The position numbers and the translations under genes are program-made. The notes under the pieces are model-generated. The model made no database searches, was not told where the DNA came from, and was given only the letters and a program-made list of their open reading frames with translations. Shown here piece after piece: positions 1 through 11,159 of a DNA stretch of 64,000 bases. How positions within the stretch are numbered: the stretch's first letter is position 1; each line of letters begins with the position of its first letter. This stretch comes from Candidatus Aenigmatarchaeota archaeon (GTDB lineage Archaea; Aenigmatarchaeota; Aenigmatarchaeia; CG10238-14): assembly GCA_030018415.1 (NCBI GenBank), contig JASEGC010000001.1, positions 535,033 through 599,032 of the forward strand, written 5' to 3'.

Positions 1-380
1 CGCTCCCTGAAAGCGAGCATGAAAAGAGTGTCGAACCCCATCTCATGTCCGAGTAAACCAAGCCACAGCAAATGGCTATGAAGTCTCTCAAGTTCAGAGA
101 CTATCACACGAATGAATTTTGCTTTGTCGGGAATTTCTATGTTTAGAAGTTTTTCGACTCCAAGAGTGTAGCAAGTTGAATGAGCCGAACTACAGATTCC
201 ACAAATTCTTCCAGAGAGAAAAACGTTCTTAAAGTAATCCGTTTCCTCTAAAGCTTTCTCAATTCCTTTGTGATTGTAACCCACAGAAAAATCAACATCT
301 TCAATTTCCTCACCATCTAAGAATAATTTAAGGTATACTGGCTCTGGTAGAGCAGGATGTGCTGGACCGAATGGTACCAT
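1..380 (-). CDS. mbhL: [NiFe] hydrogenase large subunit, group-4 membrane-bound type (MbhL/NuoD-like); 5' part only, as the gene runs off the window start
   Basis: Not in the ORF track because it is truncated. My minus-strand translation from the ATG at 380 reads MVPFGPAHPALPEPVYLKLFLDGEEIEDVDFSVGYNHKGIEKALE...GRICGICSSAHSTCYTLGVEKLL. RxCGxCxxxH is the N-terminal Ni-binding motif of [NiFe] large subunits. The gene follows mbhK in the canonical order. Confidence 0.85.
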   Translation of the reverse strand, partial: MVPFGPAHPALPEPVYLKLFLDGEEIEDVDFSVGYNHKGIEKALEETDYFKNVFLSGRICGICSSAHSTCYTLGVEKLLNIEIPDKAKFIRVIVSELERLHSHLLWLGLLGHEMGFDTLFMLAFRE

Positions 381-393
381 TAATTTGTGCATT

Positions 394-801
394 TCATCCC
401 TTCCTTAATGGCGGTTTTCCTTTCCAATTTTCTGGTAAGAATAATTTGCCAGGCTTTGGATGTCCGATTATTTTTATACCGAGCATCTCAGATAATTCTC
501 TTTCGAGTAGAAAAGCTCCTGGAAACAAATCAGTTATCGTCTCGATTTTATTCAATTTCTTCGGTACAAGAACCTTTATGTTGATCAGGGAATTATCTTT
601 CACAAAATGGTATATCACTTCAATCTCTTTTCCGTTGTCATAACCAGAAATCGATGATATTCTATTTATTCTTGAGAGAAAAACATCTTCGATCACATCT
701 CTAATTTTTTTGTAAGGCACGATGGACCAAACTTCCTTCTCTTCTTCTCTGTAGATTTTTCCTATCAGATTGAGCTCTTCTTTCAACTCCATTTTAACCA
801 C
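394..801 (-). CDS. mbhK: Membrane-bound hydrogenase subunit MbhK (NuoC/HycE-N-like)
   Basis: 135 aa. The NuoC-like pattern ..EVIYHF....LINIKV....ETITDLFPGAFLLERELSEMLGIKIIGHP is present. The gene sits between the NuoB-like and NuoD-like genes and overlaps mbhJ by 8 nt. Confidence 0.8.
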   Translation of the reverse strand: MVKMELKEELNLIGKIYREEEKEVWSIVPYKKIRDVIEDVFLSRINRISSISGYDNGKEIEVIYHFVKDNSLINIKVLVPKKLNKIETITDLFPGAFLLERELSEMLGIKIIGHPKPGKLFLPENWKGKPPLRKG

Positions 802-1270
802 TCTTCCTCGTCAGAATCTCAACTCCTTTTCTTATACCATCGATAATAGCTTCTGGTTTTGCAGGGCATCCAGAAATGTAAACATCAACTGGAATTATTT
901 TGTCTAAAGGGCCACATACACCGTAAGCATTCTGAAATATTCCTTTTGAAACGGCACAGGCTCCCATTGCGATCACGACCTTTGGTTCAGGTATTTGTTC
1001 ATATAGGTTCACGAGTCTATCTTTGCATTTTCTCGTTACCGGTCCTGTGACCAAGAAAATATCCGCATGTCTCGGAGAACCTTTCAACAAACATCCAAAC
1101 CTCTCAAAATCATACTTTGGGGACATCGCTGCTAACAATTCAATATCACAACCGTTACATGAACCAGTATCGAAATGAAATATCCAGGGTGATTTTCTCT
1201 GACAATATTTTCTGATCTTTTCGGCAATTTTCAAATCATCACCATAATCATCAACAATAACATGAAGCAA
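794..1270 (-). CDS. mbhJ: Membrane-bound hydrogenase small subunit MbhJ (NuoB-like, 4Fe-4S)
   Basis: 158 aa with the NuoB/HycG cluster-ligand pattern: GSCNGCDIE ... GACA ... ISGCPAKPE. Confidence 0.9.
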   Translation of the reverse strand: MLHVIVDDYGDDLKIAEKIRKYCQRKSPWIFHFDTGSCNGCDIELLAAMSPKYDFERFGCLLKGSPRHADIFLVTGPVTRKCKDRLVNLYEQIPEPKVVIAMGACAVSKGIFQNAYGVCGPLDKIIPVDVYISGCPAKPEAIIDGIRKGVEILTRKSG

Positions 1271-1497
1271 ATGAATATCATCAAGAGGTAATCGTCTAAA
1301 TTTCCTGTGTGTAATTTTTGTAATTTTTTTAACCTGAGAGTCTTCGTCAGTGTTCTGTAGAACAATTGCTCAGGTTTTTTAAATTTTATAGGTTCTCCAC
1401 AAGTATACACTGAATTTCTTTTAACTTTTTTGGACCTGATCGATATGAAGAAAACAATAGTGGAGATTATTATGATTGAAGATATCAGTAGATTCAT
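1231..1497 (-). CDS. mbhI: Small membrane subunit of the Mbh module (MbhI position)
   Basis: 88 aa with N- and C-terminal hydrophobic helices. It overlaps mbhH by 4 nt. Assigned by position in the cluster only. Confidence 0.5.
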   Translation of the reverse strand: MNLLISSIIIISTIVFFISIRSKKVKRNSVYTCGEPIKFKKPEQLFYRTLTKTLRLKKLQKLHTGNLDDYLLMIFICFMLLLMIMVMI

Positions 1498-2864
1498 GGT
1501 TTCAACACTCCTATAACATATTCATATCTGGCAAGTAAATCATCTTCTATCCCTTCAAAAAATTGTAGCCAAACAGGTGCGAAACTTAAAAGTAAAACAA
1601 ACGCGATTAAAATTATGACTGGCCAATAAATTCTTTTTTCACCTTTCTTGAACATAAAGTATACTTTCATGTAATAAAATAATGTTACGATCGATATCAA
1701 ACCTGAGATGATCGCATAAAGAAACAGTTTGTTTTCCAATAAACCAGCTATGATAAAAAATTTAGAGAAGAATGCGTTGAGTGGTGGGATCCCTGTTAAA
1801 GATAGAGCTCCTAACAAAAAACCATACATGCTGACCTTCTCTATCCTTTTTTTATGCAACGGTATCGTTCCTATCGATAAGAACAACAAAGTTTCTATGA
1901 TAGCATTGTTCGCTAAATGATATAAACCCTGGAAGATCAGGCTTGAAGAAAAAGCCAAAAAAATGTAACCGAGTTGAGATATGCTTCCATAAGCTAGAAT
2001 ACGTTTAATATCATCTTGAAGTAGAGCAAAGAACGCTCCGAGTCCCATCGTCATGATAGCTAAAACAGATAACCATGTTGAATAATATACTCCTAGGATT
2101 GTATAGAGGACTCGAATTATTACGTATACTGTCGTTGTACTCACAACTCCTACTAAAAATGTTGCCACTGGTTCTAAAGACCCTGAGATCACATCGGGCT
2201 TCCAGATGTAGAATGGGAATATTGCACTCTTCACACAAAAACTCAACAAGAACATCGAGAAAATTATTTTAAGAATTTTATCATTGAGGTTGATTTTAAC
2301 GATGATATCAGCCATGTTAAGTGTACCTAACTGAGAATACACGAGCACTATCGCGATCAACATGAAAGCAGTGGAGACTGAGCCGATGATGAGATACTTG
2401 AATGCCGCCTCTAAATTTTTTTTTCTTGTAGCGAACCCAACAAGAGCATAAGTAGCGACGCTCATTATCTCTGTGAAGACGAACATGTTAAAAATATCTC
2501 CTGTCATTACGATACCAAGAGAACCTGCGACTGCAAGCAGTAATAGGGTGTGAAATTCTTTTATTTTCTCTTTCACAAAATTTGAAGAAAATGCCACGAT
2601 CATAAGACTAAGGAATAAAATTAGAGAAGCTATACTTGAAGAAAATTTATCTAGAACTAGAACGATTCCGAATGGTGGCCTGAAACCACTCACAGCAAAC
2701 GTTCCAATACCAGAATAAAAAACGTTCACAGATGAAAATAATACAAAACACAAAGAAAAGAAAATCGATAAAATTGACAATGTCTTGATGATCTTTCCGT
2801 TCTTAAAAACCAGTAAGATAAATGAAACAGAAATGAGCAATGGAATCGAGTATGCAGCTATCAT
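1494..2864 (-). CDS. mbhH: Mrp antiporter-like subunit MbhH (MrpD/NuoL-M-N family)
   Basis: 456 aa polytopic membrane protein with NuoN/MrpD-like core helices (..FNMFVFTEIMSVATYALV.., ..KSAIFPFYIWKPD..). Confidence 0.85.
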   Translation of the reverse strand: MIAAYSIPLLISVSFILLVFKNGKIIKTLSILSIFFSLCFVLFSSVNVFYSGIGTFAVSGFRPPFGIVLVLDKFSSSIASLILFLSLMIVAFSSNFVKEKIKEFHTLLLLAVAGSLGIVMTGDIFNMFVFTEIMSVATYALVGFATRKKNLEAAFKYLIIGSVSTAFMLIAIVLVYSQLGTLNMADIIVKINLNDKILKIIFSMFLLSFCVKSAIFPFYIWKPDVISGSLEPVATFLVGVVSTTTVYVIIRVLYTILGVYYSTWLSVLAIMTMGLGAFFALLQDDIKRILAYGSISQLGYIFLAFSSSLIFQGLYHLANNAIIETLLFLSIGTIPLHKKRIEKVSMYGFLLGALSLTGIPPLNAFFSKFFIIAGLLENKLFLYAIISGLISIVTLFYYMKVYFMFKKGEKRIYWPVIILIAFVLLLSFAPVWLQFFEGIEDDLLARYEYVIGVLKP

Positions 2865-2867
2865 TCA

Positions 2868-3212
2868 CTATCCTCTCAGTGTCGATATTTTCTTGATGTT
2901 GAGTGTCTTGAAATTTTTAAAGAGTTTGTAACACAATACTAGGGCAAAAGCAGTAACACTCACATCAATCACAATAGAAGTCAGAACTAAAGCTTGTGGC
3001 AAAGGATCAACTGCTGATTTTAAAAAATAACCGATGTTTGAAGGCAAAGCGATTGCATCTATACCATCAGGCCTGTAACCAACTATTATCAATAACAGGT
3101 TGATTCCATTCGTCAGAACATTTAATCCCATAACTTTTTTTAAAATATTCCCTTTGAATAGAACTCCATAAAATCCTATAATAATCATGGTTATTGTAAA
3201 TATGTGCATCAT
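2868..3212 (-). CDS. mbhG: MbhG (MrpC/NuoK-like)
   Basis: 114 aa, 3 TM, with the NuoK-like pattern ..AVDPLPQALVLTSIVIDVSVTAFAL... Assignment also relies on cluster position. Confidence 0.7.
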   Translation of the reverse strand: MMHIFTITMIIIGFYGVLFKGNILKKVMGLNVLTNGINLLLIIVGYRPDGIDAIALPSNIGYFLKSAVDPLPQALVLTSIVIDVSVTAFALVLCYKLFKNFKTLNIKKISTLRG

Positions 3213-3589
3213 TTTTTCTCCACCATCGCATGCACTATCAAAACCAAGCTAGAGACAACAACAACTGCACAAAGAATGTTCAAAAACAGTATGTAATCCC
3301 CACTCCAAGCCCTGAACAATTCTTGTGATTCAACGAAAAAAGGTCGAAAAATCAATCCAAAAAATATCAGAAAGGCTATGCCAAAACCACCAAATGCTCT
3401 TACTATGTTTATTGCCCTTTCACCCCACAATTTTAATCCAATTACGATAAAAATTAACGCCAAACTTGTAGCTATGATAGCCCCTCCTTGGAATCCTCCT
3501 CCAGGCGTCAAGTGCCCAAAAATCGTTATGTTCAGACCAAATATTATAATTAATACTATTAACAGTTTACTCGTTGGTTTTTCTAGCAC
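3209..3589 (-). CDS. mbhF: MbhF (MrpB-like membrane subunit)
   Basis: 126 aa with the motif GHLTPGGGFQGGAI, typical of MnhB/MrpB. It has 4-nt overlaps with its neighbours. Confidence 0.65.
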   Translation of the reverse strand: MLEKPTSKLLIVLIIIFGLNITIFGHLTPGGGFQGGAIIATSLALIFIVIGLKLWGERAINIVRAFGGFGIAFLIFFGLIFRPFFVESQELFRAWSGDYILFLNILCAVVVVSSLVLIVHAMVEKK

Positions 3590-3836
3590 TTTTCATACCT
3601 CCTATCATTATAGCGACTACAGCGACTGCAGCCGCGAATAGAACAGTTTGCTCTCCTAGCGTATCATACCCTCTGTATTCCCATACTACAGAAGTCACGA
3701 CGTTGGCAGTTTTTATCGATGAAGGAGCATCTTTTAGATAGAATACTGCAACCCTTTTTTCAATCGGAATGTAACCTATACTCAACACTAAAATGAACCA
3801 AAATAAAACCAATAAGAGTAATGCTACAACTTTCAT
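3567..3836 (-). CDS. mbhE: MbhE (small membrane subunit)
   Basis: 89 aa, 2 TM, with an MnhB-N-like segment (VTSVVWEYRGYDTLGE). Assignment also relies on position. Confidence 0.55.
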   Translation of the reverse strand: MKVVALLLLVLFWFILVLSIGYIPIEKRVAVFYLKDAPSSIKTANVVTSVVWEYRGYDTLGEQTVLFAAAVAVVAIMIGGMKSARKTNE

Positions 3837-4063
3837 TCTTTAAACACCCCAATTTTTTTCAGGGCTATCACAAAAATCAACGTCGTTAAACCAGCTCCAA
3901 CAGCAGCCTCAGTCAATGCAACATCAGGGGCTCTGAGTAAAAAGTAAGAAAAGCTCATCAAAGTATTGCAAATTCCCAATAATATTAAAGCATAGATCAA
4001 ATTCTTGGTTTCGATTACTGCCAAAGAAAACACAACCAATAACAGAAGGACTATCAATATCAT
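3833..4063 (-). CDS. mbhD: MbhD (small membrane subunit)
   Basis: 76 aa, 2-3 TM, containing APDVALTEAAVGAGL, which matches the MrpA C-terminal-like or MbhD pattern. Assignment also relies on position. Confidence 0.55.
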   Translation of the reverse strand: MILIVLLLLVVFSLAVIETKNLIYALILLGICNTLMSFSYFLLRAPDVALTEAAVGAGLTTLIFVIALKKIGVFKE

Positions 4064-4335
4064 TTCTTTCCACTCATGTAATGTTTTACTTTACTTCTAT
4101 GTGCAGCGTGAGCAATCAAGGAATTTATTGCAGGCGAGACTATGAAAAGAATTCCAACAAGGATCAAAGATTTAGAGAAAAGAATCACAGGGCTTCCTAT
4201 TCCAAAAGACAATATGAGGATATAAATTCCATAAGATATGAGACCAGAGGCGTGAATCCTAGTGTACACATCTGGCATTCTGATTAAACCGAATGAACCG
4301 ATTATTATTAATGTCAATCCTATTAATTCTATCAT
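4060..4335 (-). CDS. mbhC: MbhC (MrpG/MnhG-like)
   Basis: 91 aa with the MnhG-like patterns RMPDVYTRIHASG ... SPAINSLIAHAAHR. Confidence 0.7.
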   Translation of the reverse strand: MIELIGLTLIIIGSFGLIRMPDVYTRIHASGLISYGIYILILSFGIGSPVILFSKSLILVGILFIVSPAINSLIAHAAHRSKVKHYMSGKK

Positions 4336-4568
4336 TTTTCTACCAAGTATTTCGTTAAAGCATAAATACCTAACATCGAAAGAAATGCGTAAACAAGCGA
4401 GATATCAGTCATTAAAGTATTTTGCTCCGATAAAGCTTGAACAAACATCATTGAAACAACGATGGAATTAATAATACTCATCATAAGAAGTCTGTCAAAT
4501 AATGTCGGTCCTCTGACCAACCTTATGCATGAGATGAGTATGCTTATTATCAGGATTTCATTTATCAT
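4332..4568 (-). CDS. mbhB: MbhB (MrpF/MnhF-like)
   Basis: 78 aa, 3 TM, with the MnhF-like segment RLVRGPTLFDRLLMMSIIN. Confidence 0.65.
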   Translation of the reverse strand: MINEILIISILISCIRLVRGPTLFDRLLMMSIINSIVVSMMFVQALSEQNTLMTDISLVYAFLSMLGIYALTKYLVEK

Positions 4569-5037
4569 TCTTTAGCCCCAATATTTGCAGTAAATAAGAT
4601 TCAAATTTTTTCACACCTTTAACGTAGTTTTGATCAAAGGCTATACTGTGAGAGATGAAGGATTTGTTTTTACTGGATATTGCTACAGATCCTGGTAGGT
4701 TTGTAATCATGAAAGCGATGCAGTCCTGAATTGTCTTGTATTTTGTTTTCAATTTAATCTCTTTTATGTTTGGTTGAATCCGTTTTGAAAGGATAAAGTA
4801 AATCATGTAAATGTTAGCTTTCATGATTTCGATAATATACAGAGGAATCAATACTAGAAATTTGATGAATTTAAACTTGTAGAATTTTTCAGAATAAATT
4901 ACCCTCAGGACAATTCCAGATACGATAAAACTCACGATTAAGCCGAATATAAAGATTTGCGTACTATATCCAGATATTAAAAGCCAAAATACTACTCCGC
5001 AAAGAGTTAGCACTAAAAATGATATCGTTTTGCTCAC
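4558..5037 (-). CDS. mbhA: MbhA (MrpE/MnhE-like), first gene of the cluster
   Basis: 159 aa with N-terminal TM helices and an MnhE-like C-terminal region (..TNLPGSVAIS..). A non-coding AT-rich region lies upstream. Confidence 0.6.
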   Translation of the reverse strand: MSKTISFLVLTLCGVVFWLLISGYSTQIFIFGLIVSFIVSGIVLRVIYSEKFYKFKFIKFLVLIPLYIIEIMKANIYMIYFILSKRIQPNIKEIKLKTKYKTIQDCIAFMITNLPGSVAISSKNKSFISHSIAFDQNYVKGVKKFESYLLQILGLKNDK

Positions 5038-5153
5038 AGAACTAAATTTGATTTTCAGAGCTTAAATTTAACTTTCATCAAAAGAGTTGAATTGAATCTT
5101 AAGATTACGTCAGACATTTAAAGTTAAATTGAAGAAAATTTTATTGAGGTTGT

Positions 5154-5414
5154 ATGGAGAGTAAACTGATAAAAGAATGGATGAAAAAGAGTTTACTACC
5201 AAGCAAACATTTTGAATTCTTTACTAGAAGAGAGAACCTTGTTATCGGTAAGCAATGGAATCAGCCTGCTCAAGTCGAATACAACTGTCCTTTTTGTGGT
5301 TTTTATGAGATAAAAATGATTGAAATAGAGAAAGGAAAGAAGAAATTTAAGAGACCTAAGTTCAATTGTTCTAAGTGCGGAAAGACTATACTAGTTCCTG
5401 ACCTGAGAAAATGA
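5154..5414 (+). CDS. Small zinc-ribbon protein, function unknown
   Basis: 86 aa with two CxxC pairs, CPFC and CSKC, spaced 27 residues apart. Confidence 0.5.
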   Translation: MESKLIKEWMKKSLLPSKHFEFFTRRENLVIGKQWNQPAQVEYNCPFCGFYEIKMIEIEKGKKKFKRPKFNCSKCGKTILVPDLRK

Positions 5415-5418
5415 TCCT

Positions 5419-5991
5419 ATGGACAGGAAAGAAGCAATTAGTTTAGTTAAAGAAAATATCAAAAAAAAGAGAATCTCTTTAAACATATTCTGACTGTAGA
5501 GGCGATAATGAGGGAAGTTGCCAAGCATCTTAACGAAGATGTTGATTCATGGAGTTTGTCAGGTTTACTCCATGACATAGATTATGAAAAGACTGAGAAT
5601 GATCCGAAAAATCAGGGATATTTACAGAAAATCTGCTCAAAGGGAAAGTCGACGATAATATAATTCTTTCTATAAAGTCTCATAACTTTGAGAATACCAG
5701 AGTTATACCAGAAAAGAAAATAGAAAAGGCTTTGATAGTGGCAGATGCTATTTCAGGGCTTATAGTCGCTACTGCCCTGATAATGCCATCTAAAAAATTG
5801 AAAGATGTTAAAGTAAAATCGATTAAAAGGAAATTCAAGCAGAAAGATTTTGCCAGGAGATGTAGTAGAGAAGAATCTTGGTGTGCGAGTATGTTGGAAT
5901 ACCAAAGAAAAAATTCTTTGAGATCGCTTTAGAAGCAATGCAGAGAATAAGTGAAGATGGGTTTGTGATAGACAAACTCTTTAAATATTAG
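5419..5991 (+). pseudogene. HD-domain (HDIG-type) phosphohydrolase, disrupted by at least 3 frameshifts
   Basis: Stitching three frames gives MDRKEAISLVKENIKK / NLFKHILTVEAIMREVAKHLNEDVDSWSLSGLLHDIDYEKTENDPKN / ..LIVADAISGLIVATALIMPSKKLKDVKVKSIKRKFKQKDFARRCSRE / ILVCEYVGIPKKKFFEIALEAMQRISEDGFVIDKLFKY*. The first shift is at the A8 run around 5461-5468. Confidence 0.65.
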
Positions 5992-6007
5992 CGACATATT
6001 CTAAACG

Positions 6008-7237
6008 ATGAGAATTCCTGTATGTGTGATCTGTAAGGGCGGAAAATTACTCTGCGGAAAGAAGGTTTGTCCTATCTTAGAGAGGGTCAAATTTTGGAAA
6101 AAAACGATCGAAAACGTTAAAGATTTTGTGGGCACCAGTCCGCCTTCGCTTTTTGTTGGAAGAGCCTTCTACCCCCGCGTTTTTGTCGGTATCCTATCTC
6201 CACCTCAACAGATGGAAAGTGCAGGTTTACTCGATTTCCCAGAGAAATGGTTCGAACAGAAATCGACTATAGACCAAATATTGAATTATCGTGGACAATT
6301 GGTCTATTCTAGGTTCAAGTCAGACGTTAAAAATCCAAAGGGAAAACTGATGGAAGTAACTCAAGAGTTGTCGATGAGTAAGAAACCGACTGATGTCGAG
6401 ATTCAGTTGAAGAAAAAACCAAGGTTCACGTTCAGCTTCGATCCTTGGGTCACTCCAATAGGAAACCCTGCTCCTGTTGTCAAAGCAGAATTAACAGAAA
6501 ATCCTTCTGTTGAAAGAAGAGTAGAATACTTGGTTAGTGACCATGACATCAAAGCGCAAGATGCTGTGTTAGAACTCTATAAACATAAATTACCAGTGAG
6601 TAGAATCCAGAAAATATTTTCTGCTGGTTTACTTGGAGTAACTATCCAAAGAAAACTTTGTCCGACTCGTTGGTCCATAACTGCAACAGATTCCATAATC
6701 TCTCGGTCATCAATAGACAAAATTAAAAATTATCCTGAATTGAATGAGATTCGGTTATTTTCCAACACTTATTTGGGCAATCATTTTGAAATCCTATTAA
6801 TTCCTGGGCCATGGAGGTTTGAAGTTATCGAAGCAAAGTTCCCTGGCTCTGTTTGGAATTTGACCGGAAGAAGAGTTGCAATTTATTCTGATTGGGAGAA
6901 TTATTGGGGAAGAAAAACTTATGCAGATAGAGTAGGTGGGGCTTATTATTCGGCACGTCTTGCGTGCAGCGAATACCTTCGCAGTATCAAAAGACAAGCT
7001 TCAGTCCTTGTGTTAAGAGAAGTTTATGAGGAATATTATGCTCCTATGGGCGTATTTGTTATAAGAGAAACTTGTAGAGAAGCTTTCAAAAAAAGTCATG
7101 AAACTTTTAGCGATCTAAGTCAAGCTTTAAACGTTGTTTCAAATAGAATGAAACTCCGAAAAGAATTTTGGTATAAGAATAGTAAGTTGCTTGAAGAATT
7201 TAGAGTTCAAAAATCACTTAAATATTATTGGACATGA
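6008..7237 (+). CDS. nreA: Nre-family archaeal DNA repair protein (NreA-like)
   Basis: 409 aa. The N-terminal Cys cluster MRIPVCVICKGGKLLCGKKVCPIL and the overall length fit the archaeal Nre (COG1602) family. Confidence 0.75.
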   Translation: MRIPVCVICKGGKLLCGKKVCPILERVKFWKKTIENVKDFVGTSPPSLFVGRAFYPRVFVGILSPPQQMESAGLLDFPEKWFEQKSTIDQILNYRGQLVYSRFKSDVKNPKGKLMEVTQELSMSKKPTDVEIQLKKKPRFTFSFDPWVTPIGNPAPVVKAELTENPSVERRVEYLVSDHDIKAQDAVLELYKHKLPVSRIQKIFSAGLLGVTIQRKLCPTRWSITATDSIISRSSIDKIKNYPELNEIRLFSNTYLGNHFEILLIPGPWRFEVIEAKFPGSVWNLTGRRVAIYSDWENYWGRKTYADRVGGAYYSARLACSEYLRSIKRQASVLVLREVYEEYYAPMGVFVIRETCREAFKKSHETFSDLSQALNVVSNRMKLRKEFWYKNSKLLEEFRVQKSLKYYWT

Positions 7238-7306
7238 ATCAACTTATTGAATTCGAGAAAATTATTTTTGTATATTTTTATATCCTAAAAAATCAAATTC
7301 ATTAAC

Positions 7307-7741
7307 ATGAGTTTGTTAAAAAAGTTTGCTCTAGTTTTTATTTTCTTCTTACTGGTTCCGATCGTCCAGAGCATTCCAATCTGTACTCATGAAACTGACG
7401 GCGGCAATGAACCCAAGATTCCTGGCTCGATCAGTATCTTTGAGACCACACTCAAGGATGATTGTAGAGACAGTAAAACCCTGAATGAATACTATTGTTT
7501 GTCGGATAGGGCAAGTGTCATCGAGACTTACGATTGCACTGAAGTATGCAATTCAAGACATGCTATATGCGTCCTGAACAAGAGAGACGAAGGCTATTGT
7601 TATTGCTCAATCCTGCCTTTAAATTTGATAAACGTTCTAACTTCTCCCGTCTTCGTTGTCATAGTCTTTGGTATGATAACTGTGATGGTCTACGCTACAT
7701 TCGTATTGATAAGAGAGAGAATGTTTGTCTCACGATCTTAG
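7307..7741 (+). CDS. Secreted Cys-rich protein with C-terminal TM anchor
   Basis: 144 aa with a signal peptide (MSLLKKFALVFIFFLLVPIVQS), a Cys-rich module (CTHETDGGNEP...LNEYYC...) and a C-terminal TM helix. Confidence 0.55.
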   Translation: MSLLKKFALVFIFFLLVPIVQSIPICTHETDGGNEPKIPGSISIFETTLKDDCRDSKTLNEYYCLSDRASVIETYDCTEVCNSRHAICVLNKRDEGYCYCSILPLNLINVLTSPVFVVIVFGMITVMVYATFVLIRERMFVSRS

Positions 7742-7743
7742 CG

Positions 7744-8007
7744 TTAACCAACTTTCTTAATCTCTCCTCTTTTGGGGACGTTGAGCTGCAAACCACCTCT
7801 AAATTCTCTTATGTAACCGTTCGTTATCTCGATGGTATCTCCTTCCCCTATCTCATCGATCTGTCTACCCCACAAAGTCAACTCTATTTTTCCAGTGTCA
7901 TCCTCTATCGTGGCAGTTGCAACTCGAGTTCGATAGCCCAATCTCGTCATCACCTCTCTAGGTTCAGAAACATCTATGATTTTAGCAGTTAGGCTGACAT
8001 TACTCAT
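7744..8007 (-). CDS. Single OB-fold nucleic-acid-binding protein (SSB/RPA-like)
   Basis: The OB-fold pattern MSNVSLTAKIIDVSEPREV......ATATIEDDTGKIELTLWGRQIDEI.EGDTIEITNGYIREFRGGLQLNV is present. I chose the Met35 start at 8007, because the longer ORF to 8109 would overlap the TRAM gene by 89 nt. Confidence 0.6.
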   Translation of the reverse strand: MSNVSLTAKIIDVSEPREVMTRLGYRTRVATATIEDDTGKIELTLWGRQIDEIGEGDTIEITNGYIREFRGGLQLNVPKRGEIKKVG

Positions 8008-8020
8008 TCCCAGCCTGAGT

Positions 8021-8326
8021 TCATTTATCTTCAATTTCTTCTCCCTCAAGTTCTTCGGTTGCTTCTTCTTCAACTTTTTTTTCTTTCCCAACTTTTTCAC
8101 CGATCGCAAACCTTCTGCTCACTTGGTTTATTCTTATTTTACATTTGTCTCCTTTCTTTGTATCAGGTACAAAGACGACAAAATTCTTAACTCTAGCTAT
8201 ACCATCTCCTCTAGACCCAACTTCATTTATCTCAACGTCGTATGTTTCGCCTTCTTTCACAGGTTTTTCAAACCTTCTTTCAAAGTCTCTTTCACCGAAT
8301 CTCGGTCTTGAGAACCTTCTTTCCAT
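8021..8326 (-). CDS. TRAM-domain protein
   Basis: 101 aa. The segment VKEGETYDVEINEVGSRGDGIARVKNFVVFVPDTKKGDKCKIRINQV is a classic stand-alone archaeal TRAM domain, followed by an acidic tail. Confidence 0.7.
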   Translation of the reverse strand: MERRFSRPRFGERDFERRFEKPVKEGETYDVEINEVGSRGDGIARVKNFVVFVPDTKKGDKCKIRINQVSRRFAIGEKVGKEKKVEEEATEELEGEEIEDK

Positions 8327-8447
8327 GTTTTAACCTCCTTAGTAACTACCCAGAAAAAACTGAGTAGAAATTTTAAGAATTAGACACTCTAAACTTCAAT
8401 CCTCCTGAATTCAATGAAAATGTATTCATGAATCACATTTAAATAAT

Positions 8448-11073
<2,626 letters not shown>

Positions 11074-11159
11074 CTAATCACTGTTAGTGTTTATTTACAC
11101 TATAACTATGTACGAAAAAATTTATAAAACTATCGAAATGCTTGTTTATCGATGTAGGG

